Shown: positions 27,298-36,583 of the stretch, piece after piece
How positions within the stretch are numbered: position 1 is the stretch's first letter
Layout of the letters: each line of letters opens with the position of its first letter
Assembly (NCBI GenBank): GCA_964546375.1
Contig: CAZJJO010000001.1
Span: 5,614 to 59,934 of the forward strand
Origin: an uncultured Gemmatimonadota bacterium
GTDB lineage: Bacteria; Gemmatimonadota; Gemmatimonadetes; Palauibacterales; Palauibacteraceae
Reading direction: 5' to 3'
DNA: 54,321 nt
Made by a program: the position numbers and the translations under genes
The notes under the pieces: generated by a model
The model's database searches: none
What the model was told of the DNA's origin: nothing
The model's input: only the letters and a program-made list of their open reading frames with translations

Positions 27298-30200
27298 GCG
27301 GGCGGGCGCCCTCCTTTCCCCGGGAGCTGATCCGTGCCTCGGCCGGGACGGGGAAGACCTTCCAGATCTCCAACCGGATCATCGGACTCCTGGCCGAGGG
27401 GGTGGAGCCGGGCCGGATCCTGGCGTCCACGTTCACCCGGAAGGCGGCCGGCGAGATCCTCGACCGCGTCCTGTTTCGGCTGGCGGAGGGGGCGCTGGAC
27501 GCCGACGCTGCCCGACGGCTCGCCGACCACGCCCTCCTGGAGGGGCGGGACGAGGCGGGGCTGGGCGGTGAGGACGCACTGGCGGTCCTCGACCGGCTCG
27601 TCCGTCGTCTCCACCGCATCGACGTGGGCACGCTCGACGCCCTCTTCGTCCGGATGGCCCGGAGCTTCACCCTGGAGCTCGGCCTGCCGCCCGGGTGGAC
27701 CATTGCCGACGCCGCCGTTCGGGAACGGCTCCGTTCCGAGGCCGTCCAGGCCGCGCTGGAGGGGGGCGATCCCGACGCGATGGTCGAGCTCCTCCGGATC
27801 TCCGCGGGGGGGCGGACGCCGCGACGGGTCCACGACCGGCTGGTCGACGAGGTGGGCACCCTCCGGCGCCATCATCTGGAGATCGACCCCGAAGCGGGGG
27901 ATCCGTGGTCGCCGTTCCGCGACCGGGAGCCTCCGGAAGACGTCGAGTCCACGTGCAGGGAACTGGCGGAGCGGCTGTCCCGGATCGAGCCGCCGACGAA
28001 CAAGGGGGGCGGGCCGAACAAGCGGTGGCTCTCCTCCCTGGAGGACGCCGTCGAGGCGCTCCGGGAGCGGGACTGGGAGGCCTTCTGGCGGAAGGGGCCC
28101 CCGGCCAAGTTCCTGGCGGGCGAGCGGACCTACTGCCGGAAGCCGTTCCCCGAGGGGCTGGACGAGGTCCTCGAGGAGGCCCGTGCCGTGGCGGCGGCCG
28201 ATCTCGCCCGGACGTTCGAGCGGGAGGCGCAGGCGCTGGGCCGGATCGCGCGCCGATACCACCGGGCCCTCCGCGCCGAACAGCGGCGGGCCGGAGCCTA
28301 CGGGTTCCGGGACGTCGCCCAGCTCCTTGGGGGACCGGAGGCCGTCGGTGGACGGGAAGACCTCCATCACCGGCTGGACCGGCGATCGGAGCACGTCCTG
28401 CTGGACGAGTTCCAGGACACGTCGACCCCCCAGTGGCGGGCGCTCCGCCCGCTGGTCGACCGGGTGGCTCTGGATCCCGCCCCGGATCGTTCGACGGTCG
28501 TGGTGGCCGACGCCAAGCAGTCCATCTACGGGTGGCGCGGCGCGGATCCGGAGATCGTCGACCGGGTGGGTCGTCGCTACGAGCTCGAACCCGGCACGCT
28601 GCGCGAGAGCTGGCGGTCGAGTCCGGTGGTGTTGTCCTTCGTCAACCGGCTCTTCGGCGAGATCGAGGCGAACCCGGTCCTTCAGGACCTCGATCACGGA
28701 CCGGACGTCGCCGCCGAGTGGGGGGAGTCGTTCGAAGAGCACCGGCCGGCCTCGCCGCTACGGGACCGTCCGGGGTACGTGGCCGTGGAGATCGGACCCG
28801 ACGACGACGGCCGGGGCGCCGACCGGCCGGGCCTGATGGCCCGGGCCGCCGACCGGGTGGCCCGGATCCACGGAGAGGCGCCGGGGGCCGAGATCGGCGT
28901 CCTGGTCCGCCGGAACAGGACGGTCGCCCGCCTCATCCACGAGCTCCGGGACCGGGGGCTCGAGGCCAGCGAGGAGGGCGGCACCTCCGTCGACGACGCC
29001 GCCCCGGTGGCGGCGCTGCTGGCGCTCCTCCGGCTGGCGGACCACCCGGACCACCGGGTTGCCCGCTATCACGTCGCCGCCTCGCCCCTCGGTCCGATCC
29101 TCGGCTATACGGACCACGATCACGACGGGCGGGCGAGGGCCCTCGCCGACCGGGTCCGGACCCGCCTGCTCCGGGACGGCTACGGCGAGACGCTGTCGGG
29201 GTGGGCCGAAGATCTGGCGCCCGCGGTGAACGCGAGCGAGCTGCGGCGGCTCGAGCAGCTCGTGGAGCTCGGCTTTCAGTGGGAGCGGCGCACGACGCTG
29301 CAGCCCGGCGACTTCGTCCGGTTCGTGGAGGACGAGACGGTCGAGGACCCGCTCTCCACCCCGGTCCGGGTGATGACCGTCCATCAGGCCAAGGGCCTGG
29401 AGTTCGACGTGGTGGTGCTGCCCGAGCTCGAGGATTCGCTGGACACCGGAAGGGTCGAGACCGCGCTTCCCGAGCGCGACCCCGCCAGCGGGCTCGTCAG
29501 GCGCGTCTTTCCGGCCGTGCCGTCGCACCTCCGCCCCCTATTTCCGGAGATGGCGACCGCCCTGCGCCAGCTTCGGACCGCCTCGATACGGGACGAGCTG
29601 AGCTGGCTCTACGTCGGGGCCACGCGGGCTCGCCACGCGCTCCACCTGATCATGGCCGCCGGGGACGGGACGAGCGACGCGAGCTCCTTCGCCCGGCTGG
29701 TCCGGGCGGCGATCGGTCACCACGGGGAGCCGACGGCCGAGGGCGAATTGTTGTTCGAAGCCGGCGACGCGGAGTGGTTTCGCGCGGTCGAAGGCATGGA
29801 GGAGGGGGAGGGTCGCCCGGACCCCGGCGAGGTCGATCTCCGCGTGGACACCGCGGCTCCACGGAGCCGGATTTTCGCCCGGCGGAGTCCGTCGGACCTG
29901 GCGGCGGGGGGCGAGGTGGACCCCGAACGGATCCTGAGCCTCGACACCACCGACGAGCACCGGCACGGGGCGGTCGTCCATCGGTGGTGCGAGCGGATCG
30001 GCTGGATCGAGGACGGAGTTCCGGGGCGGGAGGCGATGAAGTCCGCGGCTCGCTCCGCGGCGCCGGAGCTTCCCGCGGAGGAGGTCGAGCGGCTGATCGG
30101 CCGGTTCCGCGATTGGATGGAGGCGGAGGCGGTGGTCGAGGTCCTGTCCCGCGGCCCTACCGCGGCCCGGCTGCGGGCCCGGTGCGGAACGGCGGAGGAC

Positions 30201-30518
30201 CTGCGGCTGGAGCGGGAGCGGCGGTTCGCCCGGCGCGCGGGAGACGAGGTCGTGTCGGGCGCGATCGACCGGCTGGTGCTCGCGCTCGACGGGGAGGGTC
30301 GGGTGGTCGGGGCCGAGGTCCTGGACTTCAAGACCGACCCGGTGGCGGACGACGCCGAGGTCCTGGAGGAGCGGCGCGAGGCCTACGCGCCGCAGCTGAG
30401 CGCGTACCGGACGGCGGTCACCGAGCTGTACGGGCTGGCCGGTACGGACGTGGCGGCCCGTCTGGTCTTCCTCGTCCCCGGTGCGGTCCTCGAGGTCCCG
30501 CAGGGGAGGGCCCCGTGA
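27294..30518 (+). CDS. AddA/RexA-like UvrD-family helicase-nuclease
   Basis: RASAGTGKTF (Walker A), LLDEFQDTS, YGWRGA and VHQAKGLEFDVVVL. The C-terminal nuclease motif is GAIDRLV...AEVLDFKTD...QLSAY. GTG at 27294. Confidence 0.88.
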   Translation: MSGRAPSFPRELIRASAGTGKTFQISNRIIGLLAEGVEPGRILASTFTRKAAGEILDRVLFRLAEGALDADAARRLADHALLEGRDEAGLGGEDALAVLDRLVRRLHRIDVGTLDALFVRMARSFTLELGLPPGWTIADAAVRERLRSEAVQAALEGGDPDAMVELLRISAGGRTPRRVHDRLVDEVGTLRRHHLEIDPEAGDPWSPFRDREPPEDVESTCRELAERLSRIEPPTNKGGGPNKRWLSSLEDAVEALRERDWEAFWRKGPPAKFLAGERTYCRKPFPEGLDEVLEEARAVAAADLARTFEREAQALGRIARRYHRALRAEQRRAGAYGFRDVAQLLGGPEAVGGREDLHHRLDRRSEHVLLDEFQDTSTPQWRALRPLVDRVALDPAPDRSTVVVADAKQSIYGWRGADPEIVDRVGRRYELEPGTLRESWRSSPVVLSFVNRLFGEIEANPVLQDLDHGPDVAAEWGESFEEHRPASPLRDRPGYVAVEIGPDDDGRGADRPGLMARAADRVARIHGEAPGAEIGVLVRRNRTVARLIHELRDRGLEASEEGGTSVDDAAPVAALLALLRLADHPDHRVARYHVAASPLGPILGYTDHDHDGRARALADRVRTRLLRDGYGETLSGWAEDLAPAVNASELRRLEQLVELGFQWERRTTLQPGDFVRFVEDETVEDPLSTPVRVMTVHQAKGLEFDVVVLPELEDSLDTGRVETALPERDPASGLVRRVFPAVPSHLRPLFPEMATALRQLRTASIRDELSWLYVGATRARHALHLIMAAGDGTSDASSFARLVRAAIGHHGEPTAEGELLFEAGDAEWFRAVEGMEEGEGRPDPGEVDLRVDTAAPRSRIFARRSPSDLAAGGEVDPERILSLDTTDEHRHGAVVHRWCERIGWIEDGVPGREAMKSAARSAAPELPAEEVERLIGRFRDWMEAEAVVEVLSRGPTAARLRARCGTAEDLRLERERRFARRAGDEVVSGAIDRLVLALDGEGRVVGAEVLDFKTDPVADDAEVLEERREAYAPQLSAYRTAVTELYGLAGTDVAARLVFLVPGAVLEVPQGRAP

Positions 30519-30676
30519 GGGTGCGAGAAGAGGAGGCGAGCGTGGAGATCGACACGATCATGGTCCCGCTGGACGGATCGGACTCCTCCCGCCGGGCGCT
30601 CCCGGCGGCGCGGGAGGTGGCCGGGCGTGAGCGCGAGCGGCCGGTCCTGCTGGCCCGTCCGTCGGAAGACGACTGA
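30515..30676 (+). pseudogene. short ORF resembling only the N-terminal ~40 aa of a universal stress protein domain (probable remnant)
   Basis: ...VEIDTIMVPLDGSDSSRRALPAAREVAGRERERPVLL... then a stop. AGGAGG lies 5 nt before the internal GTG at 30542. It is in frame with, and abuts, the DagK start. Confidence 0.3.
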
Positions 30677-31606
30677 GTGAACGAGGCGACGGAGGCGCCG
30701 GCCGGCTCGGCCGGACGCGTGCGGGTGGTGCTCAACCCGGTCGCGGGGCGGACGCCCCGTTATCCCTGCGTCGTCGACGACCTCGCCGACCTCCCGCGGG
30801 CCGCGCTGGTCCGCACCCGGGCCCCGGGCCACGCCGCCGAGCTGGCCCGGGAGGCGGCCCGCGACGGCTGCTCGACCGTGGTGGCCGGGGGCGGCGACGG
30901 GACGGTGCACGAGGTCGTGGGCGGCCTGGCCGCCGGGGACGCGGTCGACCGGGTCCGGCTGGGGCTGGTCCCGCTGGGCACCGGCAACGACCTGGCCCGG
31001 AGCCTGGGCGTGCCCGACGAGCCGCACGAGGCCCTCTCCCTCCTCCGGCGGAACCCGTCGGCGCGCATGGACCTGGTCGACGCGACGGCCGGCGGCCGCG
31101 AGGTCACGGCGGTCAACTTCGCGCTGGGGGGCTTCGCCGGCGACATCGACCGCCACGTGACCCGGGACCGGCGCCGGCTCTGGGGCGGGCTGGTCTATCT
31201 CCGGGCGGCGGCGGCCGGCCTGGCCGACCTGCGGACCTACCGCGCCCGGCTGGTCCTGGACGGCGAGCGCCTGCCGGAGCTGTCGCTGCTGGCCCTGATC
31301 GTGGCCAACGGGCGCGAGCTGGGCCACGGCATCCCGGTGGCGCCGGAGGCCCGCCTCGACGACGGTCGCCTGGACGTGGTGGCGGTGCTGGCGGACCCGC
31401 CGGCCCGGATCCCCCTGACCGTGGCCCGTCTTCTGGCCGGCCGGCACCTGGACGCGCCCGGCGTGCTGTGGCGGCGGGCGCGGCGGATCGAGGTGCGCTC
31501 GGATCCCCCGATGCCCTTCAACGCCGACGGACAGCCCCTGGGCACCGGTCCGGCGACCTTCGAGGTGCGGCCGCAGGCCCTGCGCGTGGTGGCGCCGGGC
31601 GGCTGA
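30677..31606 (+). CDS. diacylglycerol/lipid kinase family protein (YegS/BmrU type)
   Basis: RVRVVLNPVAGR..., VVAGGGDGTVHEVVGGL and LGLVPLGTGNDLARSLG. GTG at 30677. Confidence 0.9.
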   Translation: MNEATEAPAGSAGRVRVVLNPVAGRTPRYPCVVDDLADLPRAALVRTRAPGHAAELAREAARDGCSTVVAGGGDGTVHEVVGGLAAGDAVDRVRLGLVPLGTGNDLARSLGVPDEPHEALSLLRRNPSARMDLVDATAGGREVTAVNFALGGFAGDIDRHVTRDRRRLWGGLVYLRAAAAGLADLRTYRARLVLDGERLPELSLLALIVANGRELGHGIPVAPEARLDDGRLDVVAVLADPPARIPLTVARLLAGRHLDAPGVLWRRARRIEVRSDPPMPFNADGQPLGTGPATFEVRPQALRVVAPGG

Positions 31607-31844
31607 GCCGCGGACCGGAGGCTCCGGCGGGCCCGGCGGCGCCCGGGGCCGACGCTCCCGTCCGCTTCCCCGGGAGCGCGACGCGGGGCGAGGCCCGTCC
31701 CGCGGTCCGGCGCCGGCCGTCGATCCCGCGCCGTCGGGGTCCCGGGCAACCCCGGCCGGCGCCCGCCTGTCCCACCCCCGGAGCCGAGAGACAGGGCCCC
31801 GGCCCGGAGGTCGGGGCCCTCCCCCCGACCCGGGAGATACCGAC

Positions 31845-32795
31845 ATGTTCGACCATCCCACGAGAGCGGCCGCGGCCACCGCCCTGGCGGCGCTCGTCGC
31901 CGCGCCCCTCGCGCTCGGCCCCCTCCAGGCGCAGGAGCGGGACGCGTCCGACCGCGAGCGTCACGCCGAGATCCGGATCTTCCGGAACGCGGGCCCGGCG
32001 GTCGGGGACGGCTGGCTGGGCGTCCGTATCGAGGACCTGGACGAGGCCGGGGCGGAGGCGGCCGGGCTGGACGCCCCCCGCGGGGCCCGTGTGACCGACG
32101 TCCGCGAGGGGACCCCCGCCGCGGAAGCCGGCCTCCGCGAGGCCGACGTGATCGTCCGCTTCGACGGCCGCGAGGTCCGGAGCGTGGCTCACCTGATGCG
32201 GCTGGTCCGCGAGACGCCGCCGGGCCGGGAGGTCGCCGTGCGGATCCTGCGCGAAGGCGCGGAGCGAGAGATGTCGGTCGAGGTCGGCGAGCGGCCCGGG
32301 CCCCGGATCTCCGTCCCGGGCGCCCCCGACGGGTGGGAGGGGCCGGACCTCGAGGGCGAGCTGGACGAGGAGCGGATGCGGCGGATCCGGGAGCGGATCG
32401 AGCGCGCCCGGGAGCGCTGGAAGGAGAGCATGGAGGAGATGGGCGACAGCCTGGAGGCCGTCGCGCCCGAGCTGCGAGGCACCGAGGACCGGGCGGGCCG
32501 CCCTCCGCGGCTCGGCGTCCGGATCCAGCCGCTCACCGACCAGCTCGCCGAACACTTCGGCGTGGGCGACCGGGGCGGCGTCCTGGTGGCGGCGGTCCGC
32601 GAGGGCTCGGCCGCCGCCGCCGGCGGCCTGGAGGCCGGGGACGTGATCGTCCGCTTCGGCGACCGGGACGTGGAGGAGCGGGGCGACCTGGTCCGCGCCG
32701 TGCGCGACGGAGAGGCGGGCCCGGTTTCGATCACGCTGGTCCGGGACGGCGACGAGCGGACCCTGACCGTCGAGCTGCCGGAGCGGAAGCGGTAG
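31845..32795 (+). CDS. secreted double-PDZ domain protein
   Basis: Signal peptide AAAATALAALVAAPLALGPLQAQ. Two PDZ-like units are present (GARVTDVREGTPAAEAGLREADVIVRFDGREV and GVLVAAVREGSAAAAGGLEAGDVIVRFGDRDV). Confidence 0.85.
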   Translation: MFDHPTRAAAATALAALVAAPLALGPLQAQERDASDRERHAEIRIFRNAGPAVGDGWLGVRIEDLDEAGAEAAGLDAPRGARVTDVREGTPAAEAGLREADVIVRFDGREVRSVAHLMRLVRETPPGREVAVRILREGAEREMSVEVGERPGPRISVPGAPDGWEGPDLEGELDEERMRRIRERIERARERWKESMEEMGDSLEAVAPELRGTEDRAGRPPRLGVRIQPLTDQLAEHFGVGDRGGVLVAAVREGSAAAAGGLEAGDVIVRFGDRDVEERGDLVRAVRDGEAGPVSITLVRDGDERTLTVELPERKR

Positions 32796-32802
32796 CCCGC
32801 CT

Positions 32803-33630
32803 TCAGCCCTCCGCGGCCGCGGTCGATCCGCCGGACAGCCGGTCCCGGTAGAGCCAGGCCAGGGCGGCCAGGCCGACCACCGCCTGCAGGGCCGAGAAGA
32901 TCTGGGAGAGGGTGAGCCCGGCCCAGACCCGGGGCTCGACCCGGAGGTACATCAGCGGGAAGCGGAAGAGCCCGTAGGCGGCGACGAAGCTCCAGAAGAG
33001 GGCGCCCGGCCGGGGGGACATGTACCGGGCCTCCAGCCACATCAGCGCCATCACCGCCCACTCCTTGGCCGCCTCGTAGAGCTGGACCGGGTGGCGGCAG
33101 CCCTCGGGCGGGTCGGTCAGGAACCGGCTGTGCTCGTAGTCCACGCAGAGCGGTCCGGTCCAGCGGGTGCCCGGCATCTCCCCGTTGACGAAGTTCGCCA
33201 GCCGGCCCAGCCCCAGCACGAACGCCGTCGGGAGCACCAGCCGGTCCAGGAACGCGTAGGCCGGCAGACCCTTCCGACGGGCGAACAGCCAGGTGGCCAC
33301 CGCCACGCCCACCAGGCCCCCGTGGAAGGCCATCCCCCCCCGCCATACCGTGATCCACGCCAGGGGATCGAAGCCGTAGTGTTCGAACTCGAAGACGAAG
33401 ACGTGGAAGAAGCGGGCGCCGATGAGCACGCCGAGCATCAGCCAGATCAGGTACTCGTAGACCCCGTCCTCGTCCAGGTCGCCGATCGCCCCGCGATCGG
33501 CCGCGCGCCGGAAGATCCACCACGCCAGCAGGAACCCCAGCAGGTAGGGCACGGCGTACCATCGGATCCCGATCTCCCCGGAGAACCGGAGGAGGAAGGG
33601 GTCGAAGTCGTGGAGGATCCGGATCAGCAC
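32803..33630 (-). CDS. lgt: prolipoprotein diacylglyceryl transferase
   Basis: IGIRWYAVPYLLGFLLAWW..., GGMAFHGGLVG, GRLANFVNGEMPG and HPVQLYEA. GTG at 33630 is preceded by GGAG. The track ORF extends to 33789. Confidence 0.9.
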   Translation of the reverse strand: MLIRILHDFDPFLLRFSGEIGIRWYAVPYLLGFLLAWWIFRRAADRGAIGDLDEDGVYEYLIWLMLGVLIGARFFHVFVFEFEHYGFDPLAWITVWRGGMAFHGGLVGVAVATWLFARRKGLPAYAFLDRLVLPTAFVLGLGRLANFVNGEMPGTRWTGPLCVDYEHSRFLTDPPEGCRHPVQLYEAAKEWAVMALMWLEARYMSPRPGALFWSFVAAYGLFRFPLMYLRVEPRVWAGLTLSQIFSALQAVVGLAALAWLYRDRLSGGSTAAAEG

Positions 33631-33961
33631 GACGGCTCCGTTCCGACGGGGTGCGGGGGGTCGGGGTCGCCTCCAACCTGCGGGCCCGACGGGAGGGTGA
33701 CAACGGGGGGCGGGGAAGGGGAGAGGGAGGGCTCGCCGGCGACGCGGTGGGTCGTCGGGCACGAGGCCCTCGGGCCGCATCCTTGCCACAGGAGGGTGCC
33801 GCGCACCGGCGAGGTCCCTCTGATTCCCCGGAGCGGGGTCGACGGGGCTCGCCTCGCCCGCTCCGTCCTCTCCGACAGGCGGGAAGGGCGAAGGGTTGCC
33901 CGACGCCGCTCCTCCCTCCCGTCCACGGGACGAGAGCCGGCGGCGAAGCGTTTCGGGCGGC

Positions 33962-34738
33962 TCAGTCGGCCCGGTCCAGGATCCGCTCGCGGTGCTCGCG
34001 GATGATCTCCACCGCCTCGTCCACCGAGTCGACGGTGCGGGGGATTTCCAGGTCCTCCGGGTCCGCCAGGGCCCGGTCGCCGTCCCGCATGTGCTCCCGC
34101 GCCCAGGCGGTGAGGCCCTCCCACATCTCGCCCACCATCAGCAGGGGGATGTCCCGCACGTGGCGGACCTGGAGGAGCTGCCAGATCATCAGCGCCTCCA
34201 GGGTGGTCCCGATCCCGCCGGGCACCACCACGAAGGCGTGGGAGAGGCGGACGAAGTGGTGGAGGCGCGTGAAGAAGGTCCGGTGCAGGTAGGCCCGGTC
34301 CACGAAGGGGTTGGCGCCCTGCTCGTCCGGGACGTCGATGTTGAGCCCGTACGAGCGGGTCCGGTCGTCGGCGTCGCCCAGCGACTCCCCCTCGTTGGCC
34401 GCCTCCATGAGCCCCGGGCCGCCGCCGGTGACGATGTCGCAGCCCATGGCGGCCAGCTCGCGGGCGAGCCGACGGACGTCCCCGTAGAGGGGGTCGCCCT
34501 CCCGCATCCGGGAGGAACCGAAGATGGTGACACGGTAGTACTTCGTCTCCGCCGGCCGGATGCGGGAGAGGTCGTCCACCACCCGCCAGAGGTCGCGGAG
34601 GGCGTCCTCGACCACGTCGAAGACCTCGGGGCCGGCCGAGACCGAGCGCTCGCGGTCGCCCGCGTCCCCGGGCTCCCCGTCGGCAGGGGACCCCCCCGGT
34701 CGGGGGAAGGGGGCCGGCGGATCGGTGGGGTCGCTCAC
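33962..34738 (-). CDS. LOG family (TIGR00730-type) Rossmann-fold nucleotide-binding protein
   Basis: VTGGGPGLMEAAN and VVVPGGIGTTLEAL (PGGxGTxxE). The start is uncertain, and I chose GTG at 34738. This is the C-terminal part of track ORF 33962..36274. Confidence 0.85.
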   Translation of the reverse strand: MSDPTDPPAPFPRPGGSPADGEPGDAGDRERSVSAGPEVFDVVEDALRDLWRVVDDLSRIRPAETKYYRVTIFGSSRMREGDPLYGDVRRLARELAAMGCDIVTGGGPGLMEAANEGESLGDADDRTRSYGLNIDVPDEQGANPFVDRAYLHRTFFTRLHHFVRLSHAFVVVPGGIGTTLEALMIWQLLQVRHVRDIPLLMVGEMWEGLTAWAREHMRDGDRALADPEDLEIPRTVDSVDEAVEIIREHRERILDRAD

Positions 34739-34942
34739 GGGATCGGTGCTCCGGCGGAAGGTGGGGTCCGGGGACGTCGGGCGGGGTCGCCGCCGCGGGG
34801 CAGCATACCCTCGCGGGGACGGCCCGTTTCCCGCCGGGGGTGGCGGAAGGGGGCGGCGGGGCCCCACACTTCGGGAACGCCCGGATGCCGTACGCTCCGG
34901 GCGTTCGCCCGTCCGTCCGCGTCCGACCCGGAGGCGCCGAGC

Positions 34943-36583
34943 ATGCGGCACGGCCGTCCGAAGCGGCATCTCCCGGCGATCGTCCTGGCGCTCCTGGTGG
35001 CGGTCCCCTCGTGGGCCGACGCCCGGCAGGCCGGCGGGCCCGACACGGTCCTGGTCCGACGCCCCGCCGACGTCGGCGGCGTCGACACCGTCCGGGCCCG
35101 GGGCGAGGGACCCTACGAGCGGCTGGTGATCCGGGACGCCACCCTGGTGGACGGGACCGGAGCGCCCGCGCGGGGGCCGGTGGACGTGGTGGTCGAAGGG
35201 GACCGGATCGCGGAGGTCCGCGTGCGCTCGGCCCCGGACATGCCCGAGGGGCGGACGGGGACGGCGGCCGACGGGGACGCCCGCGTGATCGACGCCCGGG
35301 GCATGTACCTCCTCCCGGGCTTCGTGGACCTGCACGGCCACCTCCACGGGGGGCGGGCCTGGACCCCGCCCGCCTACGTCTGGAAGCTGTGGCTGGCCCA
35401 CGGCGTCACCACCGTGCGGGATCCCGGCTCGGGCAGCGGCCTCGACTGGACCCTGAGGATGCGGGAGCGGAGCGCCGCGGGGGAGATCCCGGCGCCCCAC
35501 CTGCGGCCGTACGCGTTCGTGGGCAGCGGATGGGATCGCGGGCCGGTGCGCACGCCGGAGCGGGCCCGGGCCTGGGTCCGTTGGGCGGCCGAGCGCGGGG
35601 CCGAGGGCGTCAAGATCCGGGACACCTACGACCCCGCGGTGGCCCGGGCCGTCCTGGACGAGGCGGAGAAGCGGGGCCTCGGCTCCGCGGCGCACCTGAC
35701 CCAGATGGGGGTGGCCCGGCTGGACGCCCTCGACGCCGCGGCCGCGGGCCTGGGCACGCTGGAGCACTGGTATGGCCTGCCGGAGGCGCTGTTCGACGAC
35801 CGGACCGTGCAGGACTTCCCGCCGGGCTACGACTACGGCGACGAGTACGACCGGTTCCGCGAGGCGGGCCGGCTCTGGAAGCAGGCCGCCGACCCCGGCA
35901 GCGCCCGGTGGAACGCGGTGCGCGACTCGCTGCTGGCGCTGGGCCTGGTGCTGGATCCGACCCTCACCATCTACGAGGCCAACCGCGACGTGATGCGGGC
36001 CCGGGAGGCCGAGTGGCACGACCGCTACACCCTCCCGGCCCTGCGCGACTTCTTCCGCCCCGACCCCGAGAGCCACGGCTCCTACTGGTACCGGTGGACC
36101 ACGGCCGACGAGATCGCCTGGAAGGAGAACTTCCGGCGCTGGATGCGGTTCCTGGAGGACTACAAGAACCGCGGGGGCGCCGTCTGCACCGGCTCCGACT
36201 CGGGCTACATCTACAAGCTGTACGGCTTCGGCTACGTCCGGGAGCTGGAGCTGCTGCAGGAGGCGGGCTTCCACCCGCTGGAGGTGGTGCGGTCGGCCAC
36301 GCTCTGCGGGGCCCGGGCGCTGGCCGCCCCGTCCGGCTCCGATCCCGGGTTCGGCGCCGTCCGACCGGGCATGCGGGCCGACCTGGTCCTGGTGCCGGCG
36401 AACCCGCTCCGGGACTTCAAGGTGCTGTACGGCACGGGCGCCGTCCGCCGGGACGAGGAGAGCGGCGAGGTGCGGCGGGTCGGGGGCGTGCGGTGGACGA
36501 TCAGGGGCGGGATCGTCTATGACGCCCGGGCGCTGCTGGGGGACGTGCGGCGGATGGTGCGCGAGGCCGGGGGCGATCGGTGA
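34943..36583 (+). CDS. secreted amidohydrolase family protein
   Basis: Signal peptide LPAIVLALLVAVPSWADA. GFVDLHGHLHG is the HxH metal motif, and the C-terminus has ...ADLVLV..NPL... ATG at 34943. Confidence 0.88.
   Translation: MRHGRPKRHLPAIVLALLVAVPSWADARQAGGPDTVLVRRPADVGGVDTVRARGEGPYERLVIRDATLVDGTGAPARGPVDVVVEGDRIAEVRVRSAPDMPEGRTGTAADGDARVIDARGMYLLPGFVDLHGHLHGGRAWTPPAYVWKLWLAHGVTTVRDPGSGSGLDWTLRMRERSAAGEIPAPHLRPYAFVGSGWDRGPVRTPERARAWVRWAAERGAEGVKIRDTYDPAVARAVLDEAEKRGLGSAAHLTQMGVARLDALDAAAAGLGTLEHWYGLPEALFDDRTVQDFPPGYDYGDEYDRFREAGRLWKQAADPGSARWNAVRDSLLALGLVLDPTLTIYEANRDVMRAREAEWHDRYTLPALRDFFRPDPESHGSYWYRWTTADEIAWKENFRRWMRFLEDYKNRGGAVCTGSDSGYIYKLYGFGYVRELELLQEAGFHPLEVVRSATLCGARALAAPSGSDPGFGAVRPGMRADLVLVPANPLRDFKVLYGTGAVRRDEESGEVRRVGGVRWTIRGGIVYDARALLGDVRRMVREAGGDR

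Noticed and set aside
30674-30679. TGA between the USP-like fragment and dagK as a second selenocysteine site
   Set aside because: No conserved Cys aligns here, and the upstream piece is only about a third of a USP domain. DagK homologs start at about this position, so this is simply a stop followed by a start.
33631-33961. 331-bp gap upstream of lgt as a possible small gene or riboswitch
   Set aside because: The extended lgt ORF (to 33789) adds an Arg/Pro-rich N-terminus unlike Lgt homologs. I see only short GC hairpins and no recognisable riboswitch core or credible small ORF. It is left as a 5' UTR and promoter region.
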